DNA of 41,097 bases from an uncultured Flavobacteriales bacterium (GCA_964003875.1 CAXFLH010000003.1:1-41097), one strand, 5' to 3'. Positions 8,746-18,437 are shown, counted from the stretch's first letter. Made by a program: numbers and translations. Notes: a model not told the origin generated them from the letters alone.

Positions 8746-10763
8746 TGCAATAAATTTAATACTTTTTTAAGCTTTGTAGTTGGTAACTGACAACTTTTGT
8801 TTTGGCAAAGGTAGAAGGTCGTTTGCCCCTCGATCATTTTGTTTTGCAACAAAGGCAATGGGCTATCGGTCGTACTGCCTAATAGCAAGGTGTTGGGGGC
8901 ATAGTGTTGTTTAAAGTCTAGGGCTTTTTGTTCGGCTTGAGTTCCAACAATAGCTACTTCATAAAAAGGGGCTACATAGTTTAGCATCAAGATAGCCCAA
9001 TTGGAATAGCCTGAACCGTAAGAGGGCATATCGCTTTTGATGTTGTTCAATTGCAGTTGTGCCATATTCAAATAGTCGCTATTGTCTAAAAGGTGTCCTA
9101 AAGCAAATAGGTTATTGGCCATAACGGAAGACGAGGCTGGTATAACGTTGTCGTTAATTTCCATTTTACGAGCGACAAGGGGTGCGTCTAAGTCTGAGGT
9201 GAAGAAAAACATACCGCTCTGACTATCGTAAAAATGTGCTTGGCAATAGTCTGTTAAGTCCTTAGCCTTGTTGAGCCATTGCTCGTCAAAGGTCGCTTCG
9301 TACAAGCGTATCAATGCCGAAATGGTCAAGGCATAATCTTCTAAAAAACCATTAATAGAAGACTGTCCGTCTTTGTAGCTGTGCCACAAACTATGGTCAC
9401 TTTGGTATTGTTTGTCGAGAATAAAACGTGCGTTTTTTATTGCAGTGTGCAAATAGTATGTGTTGCCAAAAGCTAAGTAAGCATCGGTATAGGCTTGGCA
9501 CATGAGGGCGTTCCAAGAGGTTAAGGATTTATCGTCTAAAGCTGGGCGTGTGCGTTGTTCTCTTTCTTCTAACAATTGCCTTTGCCAATGTTTGACTTTT
9601 TGCTGAAAGACGTCTAGCTCTAGATTTTCTTTTTTACAAAAGTCGGCATCGCTTTGGTCTTTGACTAAAATGTAATTGCTTTCTTCCCAATAGCCTTTGT
9701 GGTTGATGTTGTAGTATTTAGCAAATAGGGGATAGTCTTGCTCCAAAAGGCTTTTGAGTTCTTCTTTTTTCCAGACGTAAAACTTACCTTCAAGCCCTTC
9801 ACTATCGGCATCTAGGGCTGAATAGAAAGCGCCATTGTCGTGGCTCAACTCCCTTTCAACAAAGGCTAAAGTTTGTTCGACAATGTCCTTATACATTTCT
9901 TTACCATAGCAGGTGTAGGCTTCGCTATACAAACTCACCAATTGGGCGTTGTCGTACAGCATTTTTTCAAAGTGTGGTACTTTCCATAGCTTATCGGTAG
10001 AATAACGGGCAAAGCCACCACCCACTTGGTCGTATATGCCACCCCAAGCCATTTTATCTAAAGTTAGCTGAACGTACTCACTCAGTTTGTTGTCTTGTTT
10101 GAGGTGTGCATAACGCATCAAAAAAAGGTAGTTGTTGGGAATGGGGAATTTAGGTGCTCGGTTAGGACCTCCCTCTTTGTAGTCGAATTGTTTGCTCCAA
10201 GGCTCAAGGGTATTTTCCAAATCCTGCCAACTGAAGTTGGGCTTTTCTTTATTGTAACTGACTAGCTCCGACTGTTGTATGCCTTTGGCTAACTTTTGGG
10301 CATAGTCTAGCATATCTTGTGGGCGTTGCTCGTAAAAATTGGCGACTTGTTTAATCTGTTCTATCCATTGTTCCTTAGGGAAATAGGTGCCTCCCCAAAC
10401 GGGTTTGCCATCTGGCAAGGCGATGCAATTGAGTGGCCATCCTCCACGCTGTTGCATGAGTTGAACGGCATTCATATAAACTTGGTCAATGTCTGGGCGT
10501 TCTTCTCTATCGACTTTGATATTTATAAAACACTCATTCATGACTTGCGCCACTTGTTCATCTTCAAAACTTTCGTGCTCCATAACGTGACACCAATGAC
10601 AAGCCGAATAACCAATGCTAATGATAAGAAGTTTACCTTCTTCCTTCGCTTTAGCTAGTGTCTGTTCATTCCATGGATACCAATCAACAGGATTGTGAGC
10701 GTGTTGTAATAAATAGGGACTGCTCTCATTGATAAGGGTGTTGTTATGTTGGTGTTCGCTCAT
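8742..10763 (-). CDS. Thioredoxin-domain protein, YyaL/SSP411 (DUF255) family
   Basis: [41 protein letters not shown] and [13 protein letters not shown]. Confidence 0.96.
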   Translation of the reverse strand: MSEHQHNNTLINESSPYLLQHAHNPVDWYPWNEQTLAKAKEEGKLLIISIGYSACHWCHVMEHESFEDEQVAQVMNECFINIKVDREERPDIDQVYMNAVQLMQQRGGWPLNCIALPDGKPVWGGTYFPKEQWIEQIKQVANFYEQRPQDMLDYAQKLAKGIQQSELVSYNKEKPNFSWQDLENTLEPWSKQFDYKEGGPNRAPKFPIPNNYLFLMRYAHLKQDNKLSEYVQLTLDKMAWGGIYDQVGGGFARYSTDKLWKVPHFEKMLYDNAQLVSLYSEAYTCYGKEMYKDIVEQTLAFVERELSHDNGAFYSALDADSEGLEGKFYVWKKEELKSLLEQDYPLFAKYYNINHKGYWEESNYILVKDQSDADFCKKENLELDVFQQKVKHWQRQLLEEREQRTRPALDDKSLTSWNALMCQAYTDAYLAFGNTYYLHTAIKNARFILDKQYQSDHSLWHSYKDGQSSINGFLEDYALTISALIRLYEATFDEQWLNKAKDLTDYCQAHFYDSQSGMFFFTSDLDAPLVARKMEINDNVIPASSSVMANNLFALGHLLDNSDYLNMAQLQLNNIKSDMPSYGSGYSNWAILMLNYVAPFYEVAIVGTQAEQKALDFKQHYAPNTLLLGSTTDSPLPLLQNKMIEGQTTFYLCQNKSCQLPTTKLKKVLNLLQ

Positions 10764-10787
10764 TTCAGTCCTTCCTCAAATGCAAGA

Positions 10788-11231
10788 CTATTTGTAGATA
10801 GTCAAGGGCGATGATGTTATGGTGTTGCTGCTATTCCCTGCTCTATCAATGGCGTAGATATCAAAAGTGACTTCTTGTTCGTTGCTACCATCTGTTATGG
10901 AGGTGGTATTCAAGACAATGTCTATAGTGCCAATGATGGCAATATCTGCCCCTTGTGGTGCTAACTCTTGAATACGGTATTCGTAGGTAATGCCGTTTCG
11001 TTGGTCTTGTAAAAATAGATTTTTGACGTTGGGGTCGTTTTCTCCCAAATCGCCATCGCCATCTTGATAAGAGATGCTAAAGGTAATGGGTCCTCCAAAT
11101 TCTTCAATGGAGGTGGGGGATATGCTTTCAAAAGTGAGTTGAGGAACAACAGACAAACCATCCTCATCTTTTTTACATGAGGAAAATATTAAAACGACTA
11201 AAAGTAAAGCTACTGAACGATAAATGACCAT
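10788..11231 (-). CDS. Hypothetical lipoprotein (beta-rich, DGDGDLG motif)
   Basis: Lipobox FSSC, acidic YQDGDGDLG loop, DRAGNSSN near the C-terminus. Confidence 0.75.
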   Translation of the reverse strand: MVIYRSVALLLVVLIFSSCKKDEDGLSVVPQLTFESISPTSIEEFGGPITFSISYQDGDGDLGENDPNVKNLFLQDQRNGITYEYRIQELAPQGADIAIIGTIDIVLNTTSITDGSNEQEVTFDIYAIDRAGNSSNTITSSPLTIYK

Positions 11232-12133
11232 ATGGATTTGATATAGATTTCACTTTCATTTTCGGGGTGTTCTGACATTTGAGGGCTCTCGTCTTTAGTG
11301 TAGTACCTCATAAAATACTGTTGGTTGCTAGAAAAAACGGAAGAATTTATGCTGATAATAAAGGGATAACCGTATTGTTCGCTATCTACACAGTTGGCTT
11401 GAAATTCTTGAGCTTGAGAAAAATCATTGATGTCATTAGATACCAATAGTTTGTTGTATTGTAAGTCGAGATTGTGTGTATTGTCGTCATCTACATCAAA
11501 AATGATATTGACATCAGTATTTTCAGGCATAAGGAAGGGGTTGTACCATTCGTCATCGACTTTATTGTCGCTAAACACCGTTTCGTAAGTGGTGTCGTAA
11601 ACGGCAAAATAATGAATGTTTGGCAGAGCATTAGGTTCGTTGGCAACATTGGACGATAAGTCTCTAGCGCCGTCCATTATCCAACTGCCAATTTGGTCTA
11701 TAGCTTCTTGTGGCATAGCTATACCGATGTTGTCTTGAGGCATTCTATCGTTTTCATTAACAAAACAACAGTTGGTGATGCGTTCCCACAATACTGAATT
11801 GGCTGTGTCGTAAGGAATGACTCTATATTCAAACTCTTGAGCTAAATTATTTTTGTTAATTCTATGATAAACAAGTGTAGAAAAGCTGCTATGTGGTGTT
11901 CTGAAATCGGGCTCGAAAGAACCATCGTGACAGCCGAGTACATTACACTTTGGTTCGAAAACTTCTTCATGTGTTCTGGTCAAAGAATTGGGACTTGAAC
12001 TGTTGTTAATGTTGTTTACAGGATAAATGATATCGGCATAGGGGTTATAAGGTTGCACGTCTTTTTTACAACTTATTAATATGCAAGAAGTCAGTATGAC
12101 TAAAGAAAAAAGGTAATAGTTAAATCGTTTCAT
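11210..12133 (-). CDS. Hypothetical lipoprotein with putative atypical c-type heme domain
   Basis: Lipobox LISC, VFEPKCNVLGCHDG (CX4CH), SVLWERI...RMP and IGSWIMDGA, as in monoheme planctomycete-type cytochrome domains. Confidence 0.6.
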   Translation of the reverse strand: MKRFNYYLFSLVILTSCILISCKKDVQPYNPYADIIYPVNNINNSSSPNSLTRTHEEVFEPKCNVLGCHDGSFEPDFRTPHSSFSTLVYHRINKNNLAQEFEYRVIPYDTANSVLWERITNCCFVNENDRMPQDNIGIAMPQEAIDQIGSWIMDGARDLSSNVANEPNALPNIHYFAVYDTTYETVFSDNKVDDEWYNPFLMPENTDVNIIFDVDDDNTHNLDLQYNKLLVSNDINDFSQAQEFQANCVDSEQYGYPFIISINSSVFSSNQQYFMRYYTKDESPQMSEHPENESEIYIKSIWSFIVQ

Positions 12134-13449
12134 CAGTTAAAAGCTTCGTTAAGAACATTGCCATTAATTCTTCCGGCCGGTATATCGTTATCAAAGCCTA
12201 GTATGTTAGCTACAGTAGGCACAATATCAATGGTTTCTTTTTCTATATCAATAATAGAATTGGTATTGACAAAACTATCGGTTTGATGCCCTAAAACCAT
12301 AGTAAACACATCTCTACTCATAGCATCGCCTGTATGGTCTGTGCCTTCACGACCAAAGCCATCTACACGTCCATTGGTCTGCGAATTACGTCCGTGTTCC
12401 GGCACAGCAATTAAGATGGTATTTTCCATACCCGTTGTAGTTTTTATAGTTTCCCACAAATGAGAAAGAGCATAGTCAGCACGTTTTAGATTGTTGAGAT
12501 AATTAGTAGTATTAGCATGGGCAGTATCTACATTCTGCATATTTACTACTAGTAATTCAGGGGTAAATTCTTTGATGATTTCTTCAGCAAAAAACACAGT
12601 TAACATATCGTTGTTGTAGGCATTAGCACCTAAACCCCATGGATCATTGAAAGCCCCTAAGGCAGCTTTTTCAAAGTTATCTTGTATGAATGCTTCTAGT
12701 AAAATTCTATCTTCCAAAGTATTGACAATGCCTTCGTTGTTGCTAAACTCTCGACTGAAGTTTTCATCACAAAAGCCTCTTATTGCATCGATGTTTTGCT
12801 TGGAGTTTTGGTTGTTGCCAAAAGCAAAACTTTCAGCCGAATATATGGAGTCGTAACCAACATTCAAAAAGCTTTGGGGCTGAATGTAGTTGGCACCATA
12901 AGCTGAGCCATAGCTAGGGTCAGTGCTGTAATTAAGTTGAGGATAGGGTCCTAATGAATTAGAAACCCACCAAGCATTTAGTGCACTCATTGAAGGGGAG
13001 TTGTGTTTTCTATACAATTCGAACAAAGTCGGATATTGTGGATTGGAGTTAATGTTCAAATTGGTATCTGTATAAACTCCGGTTAAGAGAGTGGCGTGTC
13101 CGTTGTAATGGCCTGTTGGTCCTTGTTTCAGCTTAACATTGGAAAACAAAGTGCCTTGTTCTTGTAGAGTTTGTCCGGATGGTGTTCCTAAGGTTTGCCC
13201 CACATCAACACCCGCTAAATTTTCAGTGCTACCGTTAAAGGTATAGGGCATAACATTGCCATAACTTCCATTGGCAAACAAATGAGATTCTAAACTTCTT
13301 ACACCACCAGCGAATAAACAGACGACTACGTGATTGGCTTTTCTTGCACCAGTAGCAGCAAAAAGTCTACCTGATGGTAAGATGTAGGGAGCGGCTAATG
13401 TAGCTCCGGTGGTTAATCCTAATTTTTTAATGAATGTTCTCCTTTTCAT
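12133..13449 (-). CDS. Tat-exported DUF1501-like / alkaline phosphatase superfamily protein
   Basis: Twin-arginine signal MKRRTFIKK, HVVVCLFAGG, GH...LLTG, DTAH, PEHGRN, GTDH and DIVPTVANILG. Confidence 0.7.
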   Translation of the reverse strand: MKRRTFIKKLGLTTGATLAAPYILPSGRLFAATGARKANHVVVCLFAGGVRSLESHLFANGSYGNVMPYTFNGSTENLAGVDVGQTLGTPSGQTLQEQGTLFSNVKLKQGPTGHYNGHATLLTGVYTDTNLNINSNPQYPTLFELYRKHNSPSMSALNAWWVSNSLGPYPQLNYSTDPSYGSAYGANYIQPQSFLNVGYDSIYSAESFAFGNNQNSKQNIDAIRGFCDENFSREFSNNEGIVNTLEDRILLEAFIQDNFEKAALGAFNDPWGLGANAYNNDMLTVFFAEEIIKEFTPELLVVNMQNVDTAHANTTNYLNNLKRADYALSHLWETIKTTTGMENTILIAVPEHGRNSQTNGRVDGFGREGTDHTGDAMSRDVFTMVLGHQTDSFVNTNSIIDIEKETIDIVPTVANILGFDNDIPAGRINGNVLNEAFN

Positions 13450-13451
13450 AA

Positions 13452-13940
13452 TTAATAGTATCGGTATTCATTAGATGTCATTAATGCATAATAGACCATT
13501 TCAGCATCTATTTCTTGGTGGTTTTGAATATAATCTGTCAAATACCACTTTTCAAATGCATTGGGTGTTCTATTAAAAATGGTTTCGTAGGTTTCTTGAA
13601 CAAATTGCTCTACCGTTTGTTTACTTTCTCGGTTTATGTTCGGAATTTGACTATCCTCATTCGAAATGAACTTACGAATAATCATTTCTATAACAAGCGA
13701 CTTATCGCCAAAGGACTTATATACCGTAATGATGTCATCAAGCTCACCTTGTGAAATATTTTGACCATACAAATCATTGTAGGCAATGGATACAAATTCA
13801 ATGTCTGTTTTTAGTCTGTTTTTATCGGCAGAGGCTGGGTTGACTTCAACATTCTCTACTTCAAACAAATAATTGGGGTCTTTAGAACAAGCAACTATTA
13901 AGCATGTACAAATAAGACTTATGTAAAAATAATGTTTCAT
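13452..13940 (-). CDS. Hypothetical lipoprotein with helical R-x-P-x3-E motif
   Basis: Lipobox IVAC, FVQETYETIFNRTPNAFE and C-terminal ALMTSNEYRYY. Confidence 0.75.
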   Translation of the reverse strand: MKHYFYISLICTCLIVACSKDPNYLFEVENVEVNPASADKNRLKTDIEFVSIAYNDLYGQNISQGELDDIITVYKSFGDKSLVIEMIIRKFISNEDSQIPNINRESKQTVEQFVQETYETIFNRTPNAFEKWYLTDYIQNHQEIDAEMVYYALMTSNEYRYY

Positions 13941-14800
13941 TCTATTCCTAGGTATTCGTCTGTTATTAAAATGCGCTTTTGCAATTCCTTATAATCCTTA
14001 TCAGTCTTAAAAAGAGTAGTGAGCTCGTAACTTTCTGATGAGCTAGGGTCACGGAATAATATTCTATTGTAAATATTGATTACTTGACCTTCATAATAAC
14101 CATCGTGGTTGAAAAATAAATCGTTAAAATCCGATTTGCTATTTCCATTGCCTCCAAAACAAACGGCTTGTTCATCATCTAACATATTAACGCCGTTTTC
14201 TATTTCATATTCTGTTGGGTATCTGTGTAAAAAATTTTGATAGATAGATACGACATAATTAAAACTACCCATATTAATTTCGTCATAAATGAAATTATCT
14301 ACGCATCTAGCTTGGATTTCTGTAATAGTAGCGTCATTGGATTTCAAATCGTCAGTACTGTTATAAAGTAAATACAATTTTACTAAACCTTCTTCAATCT
14401 CTTGTATTTCAAATGGGTCGTCGCTGTTTTCTAAAGCTTCTTCAAATCCATTAATATAATCTTCTCTTATTTGATTGGTATCTACGCCATTGATTAAATC
14501 TTGTCTAATGATATTAAACATATTGCCGTAGTATTCCTCTTTGGCTTGTACGCTTTCTACAAGAAGTTCTCGACTTTCTTGAGTTACCTCATCTCCTAAT
14601 AAGTTTCTTGCTGAATTGAACTCGTTTGTGTTGGGCTCTCGTCCCAGCATACTAATATAGAGTTTATTGATGTAATTTTCTTTTATTACACGATCTACGG
14701 TATAGTCTGGCGGAGCTACATTATTGGGGATAAGCTCCGTAGAGTCTTTACTACAACTGAATACTAAAGCAAGAACAAATAAGTAAAGGCTGTTACGCAT
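13937..14800 (-). CDS. Hypothetical lipoprotein with three helical Y-x3-L-x-R-x-P-x3-E repeats
   Basis: Lipobox VFSC; repeats LYISMLGREPNTNE, IYQNFLHRYPTEYE and IYNRILFRDPSSSE; ends ILITDEYLG. Confidence 0.75.
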   Translation of the reverse strand: MRNSLYLFVLALVFSCSKDSTELIPNNVAPPDYTVDRVIKENYINKLYISMLGREPNTNEFNSARNLLGDEVTQESRELLVESVQAKEEYYGNMFNIIRQDLINGVDTNQIREDYINGFEEALENSDDPFEIQEIEEGLVKLYLLYNSTDDLKSNDATITEIQARCVDNFIYDEINMGSFNYVVSIYQNFLHRYPTEYEIENGVNMLDDEQAVCFGGNGNSKSDFNDLFFNHDGYYEGQVINIYNRILFRDPSSSESYELTTLFKTDKDYKELQKRILITDEYLGIE

Positions 14801-14808
14801 TGAGAGAA

Positions 14809-16197
14809 TTATTGATTTAACTCTCTAAATTTAGCAAAAAAGTGTGGAATAGTTTCTATTCCTTTTAGAAAATTGAAGATTCCATAATGCTCATTAGGCG
14901 AGTGTATGGCATCGCTGTCTAGTCCAAATCCCATTAGTATGGACTTCACATTTAGTTCTTTTTCAAATAGAGCTACAATAGGAATACTACCTCCACTTCT
15001 AACGGGTACAGGCTTTTTGCCGTAGGTAGCCTCCATGGCAGCACTCGCTGATAAGTAAGCTGGACTATCTGTAGGAGCTACATAAGGTTCGCCACCGTGA
15101 TGTGGACGCACTTCTACTTTTACACTCTTTGGTGCAATGGCTTTGAAATGGTCTTCAAATAGCTTAGTAATTTCTTCATCGGTTTGATTGGGAACTAGAC
15201 GCATAGAAATTTTAGCAAATGCTTTGGAGGCAATGACTGTTTTTGCGCCTTCTCCGGTATATCCGCCCCATATTCCATTAACGTCAAGGGTAGGGCGAAT
15301 CCCTGTTCGTTCCATAGTGGTATAGCCTTCTTCACCGTGAATATCGCTAAGATCTAAGGCCTTTTTATAATGTTCGAGAGAGAATGGAGCTCGTGCCATA
15401 TCTTCTCTTTCTTGGGCTGATAATTCAACCACTTTATCATAAAACCCAGGTATGCTGATATGATTGTTTTCATCTTTCAAGGAAGCAATCATTTCACATA
15501 AAATATTGATAGGATTGGCAACAGCACCCCCATATAAGCCAGAATGTAAATCTCGATTTGGCCCCGTAACTTCTACTTCTAGATAGCTTAAGCCTTTTAA
15601 ACCTGTTGTAATTGATGGTGTGTCGTTAGCGATAATTCCAGTGTCAGATATAAGAATAGCATCGCATTCGAGGCGTTCCTTATTAGCTTTGACGAAATCG
15701 CCCAAGTTATCAGAACCGACCTCTTCTTCGCCCTCAATCATAAACTTGACATTACAGGCTAAAGTGTTGGTTTGCATCATCAACTCAAAAGCTTTGACGT
15801 GCATAAACATTTGTCCTTTATCATCGCAAGCTCCACGAGCAAAAATAGCACCGTCAGGGTGTATGTCTGTAGTTTTAATTACGGGTTCAAAAGGGCCGCT
15901 CTCCCAAAGTTCTAAGGGGTCGGCAGGTTGTACATCGTAATGACCATAGACTAAAACAGTAGGTAGATTAGTGTCAATGATTTTTTCACCATAGACAATA
16001 GGGTATCCTACAGTGGGACAAATTTCTACCTGGTCAGCACCAGCTTTGACTAAATGGTCTTTGACGGATTCGGCACAAGCGTGAACGTCTTGGCTATAAG
16101 CGGGGTCTGCACTAATGGAAGGAATACGAAGTAAATCCATTAATTCTTCTAAGAATCGGTCTTTATTTTCTTGAATGTATGTCTTAATGTGTTCCAT
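14809..16197 (-). CDS. M20 family dipeptidase (CNDP/Dug1-like)
   Basis: YGHYDVQP, ARGACDDKGQ, EGEEEVGS, DLHSG, GGSIP and HSPNE. Confidence 0.95.
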   Translation of the reverse strand: MEHIKTYIQENKDRFLEELMDLLRIPSISADPAYSQDVHACAESVKDHLVKAGADQVEICPTVGYPIVYGEKIIDTNLPTVLVYGHYDVQPADPLELWESGPFEPVIKTTDIHPDGAIFARGACDDKGQMFMHVKAFELMMQTNTLACNVKFMIEGEEEVGSDNLGDFVKANKERLECDAILISDTGIIANDTPSITTGLKGLSYLEVEVTGPNRDLHSGLYGGAVANPINILCEMIASLKDENNHISIPGFYDKVVELSAQEREDMARAPFSLEHYKKALDLSDIHGEEGYTTMERTGIRPTLDVNGIWGGYTGEGAKTVIASKAFAKISMRLVPNQTDEEITKLFEDHFKAIAPKSVKVEVRPHHGGEPYVAPTDSPAYLSASAAMEATYGKKPVPVRSGGSIPIVALFEKELNVKSILMGFGLDSDAIHSPNEHYGIFNFLKGIETIPHFFAKFRELNQ

Positions 16198-16199
16198 AA

Positions 16200-17714
16200 T
16201 TATACGAGACTATTTCCTGTCATTTCTTGGGGGATGTCTATTCCCATAATGGTTAGTATAGTTGGGGCAATGTCGCCCAGTTTTCCGTTGTTTAAATGCG
16301 TGTAATCGCTGTTCAATAAAAAGCTTGGCACTAGGTTAGTAGTGTGTGCTGTGTTAGGACTACCGTCAGCATTAATAGCAAAGTCGGCATTGCCGTGGTC
16401 GGCAATAATGATAAAGGCATAATCGCTTTTCAGTCCTGCTTCAACAACTTCTTTAGTACATTGATCTACTGTTTCTACAGCTTTAATGATGGCGTCATAA
16501 TCTCCAGTATGTCCTACCATATCGGGGTTGGCAAAATTAAGACATACAAAGTCGGCAGTAGCTTGTTCTAGCTCAGGCACAATTTTAGCTACAACTTCAT
16601 GAGCACTCATCTCGGGTTGTAAGTCGTAAGTAGCTACTTTTGGAGAGTTTGCCATCAGTCGATTTTCACCTTCAAATTCTGCCTCTCTACCGCCTGAAAA
16701 GAAAAAGGTAACGTGCGGGTATTTTTCTGTTTCTGCAATACGTATTTGCTTCAATCCATTTTCGGCAATGACTTGTCCAAGTGTATTGTTTAGGTTGTCT
16801 TTTTCAAATATGACGTTTACATTTTTGAAATTTTTATCGTACATCGTCATAGTTGTATAGTGTAAGTCTAAAGTAAACATATCAAACTCTGACTTATCTT
16901 CTTGAGTCAGTACAGAAGTGATTTCTCTACATCTATCTGTTCTAAAATTAAAACAGATGACAGCATCACCGTCTTTAATCCTTGCTACAGGCTCATTATT
17001 ATCATTGACACAAACTAAGGGTTTTATAAATTCATCAGTAACACCATCTTCATAAGATTTTTGAATACTCTGTACTATATCTTTTGTCGATTTTCCTTGA
17101 CTTTTAGTTAATAAATCGTAGGCTAGTTTCACACGTTCCCAGCGATTATCTCTGTCCATAGCGTAATACCTGCCACAGACTGAAGCTATCTTTGCACCAT
17201 AAAGGTTGTTTTCTAATTCTTCTATGAATCCTTTGCCACTTTTTGGGTCGGTGTCTCTGCCGTCGGTAAAGACATGAACAAAAACTTCTTTTACTCCAGC
17301 TTTTTGTGCTAAGCGACATACTTCGAATAGGTGTTGGAAATGGGAGTGGATACCACCATCTGAAACGAGTCCCATAAAATGCAAAGCTTTGTTATTGTCA
17401 TTAGCATAGTCAAAGGAAGCTTGCAAGTTTGGCATTTGCTCGAGAGTGTCTTCAGCACATGCTTTATTGATTTTAGCTAGGTCTTGATAAACAATCCTTC
17501 CTGCGCCAATGTTGAGGTGTCCAACTTCAGAATTTCCCATTTGTCCTTCAGGTAGTCCTACTTCCAAACCATCGGTTTGCAGTTCAGCATTGGGGTAATT
17601 GTTGTAAAGTGAATCTATAAATGGGGTGTTAGCATTATGAATAGCATCCGATTTAGTCTTATCACCATGACCCCATCCGTCTAAAATCATTAAAACCGTC
17701 TTCTTTCCTCTCAT
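16200..17714 (-). CDS. gpmI: 2,3-bisphosphoglycerate-independent phosphoglycerate mutase
   Basis: LMILDGWG, MGNSEVGH, DGRDT, ETEKYPHVTFFF, NPDMVGH and ADHGN. Start placed at MRGKK after a minus-strand TATATTTG (17721-17728). Confidence 0.98.
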   Translation of the reverse strand: MRGKKTVLMILDGWGHGDKTKSDAIHNANTPFIDSLYNNYPNAELQTDGLEVGLPEGQMGNSEVGHLNIGAGRIVYQDLAKINKACAEDTLEQMPNLQASFDYANDNNKALHFMGLVSDGGIHSHFQHLFEVCRLAQKAGVKEVFVHVFTDGRDTDPKSGKGFIEELENNLYGAKIASVCGRYYAMDRDNRWERVKLAYDLLTKSQGKSTKDIVQSIQKSYEDGVTDEFIKPLVCVNDNNEPVARIKDGDAVICFNFRTDRCREITSVLTQEDKSEFDMFTLDLHYTTMTMYDKNFKNVNVIFEKDNLNNTLGQVIAENGLKQIRIAETEKYPHVTFFFSGGREAEFEGENRLMANSPKVATYDLQPEMSAHEVVAKIVPELEQATADFVCLNFANPDMVGHTGDYDAIIKAVETVDQCTKEVVEAGLKSDYAFIIIADHGNADFAINADGSPNTAHTTNLVPSFLLNSDYTHLNNGKLGDIAPTILTIMGIDIPQEMTGNSLV

Positions 17715-17827
17715 AGAGCACAAATATAATTGCTTTATTGTCAATTTTAAAGACTAAAACCACTTAAATAAGTTAACCTATATTCATCTTTGATGGCAAC
17801 CTAAAGACAATGTTTAGAATGGAATAT

Positions 17828-17992
17828 TTATTTCAAATAGGCTGAGTATATCCACACTAAATTTTCCTCACTTTCAATGCTAAACATGTACTTGCCAATA
17901 GGAAATAATATTAAAAATAAATTAGTAATAATCAAATGAATAGCTATTGTAGCATTTGAATATTTTTGATTGAGGTCATTTGTTGTTTTCAT
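17828..17992 (-). pseudogene. Probable truncated cytochrome b561 (YceJ-like) remnant
   Basis: Manual translation: MKTTNDLNQKYSNATIAIHLIITNLFLILFPIGKYMFSIESEENLVWIYSAYLK*. This resembles the N-terminal Y-S-x5-H-W helix of b561, with W replaced by L, and stops after 54 aa. Confidence 0.55.
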
Positions 17993-18012
17993 GGTCTTGT
18001 TTTTTAGAAGTT

Positions 18013-18390
18013 TTAGGGGTATAAAAGCTGTTCTAATTCTTTGAGGTCTTTTGGTATAATTGAATATTTTTTGTCATTAAGTTGGTATTGTATTTTACAA
18101 ACTGTGTCAGAATCCCAAATTTCTTTGCTTTTGTATGCAAATAACAATAAGGTATCGCCTTTCTCAAATTTCTCAGGCTTTATGCTGTAGTTTAAAACCT
18201 TTTGATGTGCTTTTATGGATTGTATTTTAAAAAAAGAGTCATTAGCTGGAGCGATGCATTTAAAACGATAATTCGTACCGCTACCCGTTTCTGGACGTCC
18301 TCCAATCCAATGTTGATATGTAGAAGAAATTATAAATTCTTGAGTGTTACAAGAAAAAAGAATAACCAAGAAAATTAAGTGCATTTTCAT
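18013..18390 (-). CDS. Hypothetical lipoprotein (Flavobacteria-type)
   Basis: Lipobox LFSC, WIGGRPETGSGTNY, ends LLYP; minus-strand TAACTTTG at 18395-18402. Confidence 0.75.
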   Translation of the reverse strand: MKMHLIFLVILFSCNTQEFIISSTYQHWIGGRPETGSGTNYRFKCIAPANDSFFKIQSIKAHQKVLNYSIKPEKFEKGDTLLLFAYKSKEIWDSDTVCKIQYQLNDKKYSIIPKDLKELEQLLYP

Positions 18391-18437
18391 ATTACAAAGT
18401 TAATAAAAAACACTTTGAAAAATCATTTTAAAATTTC

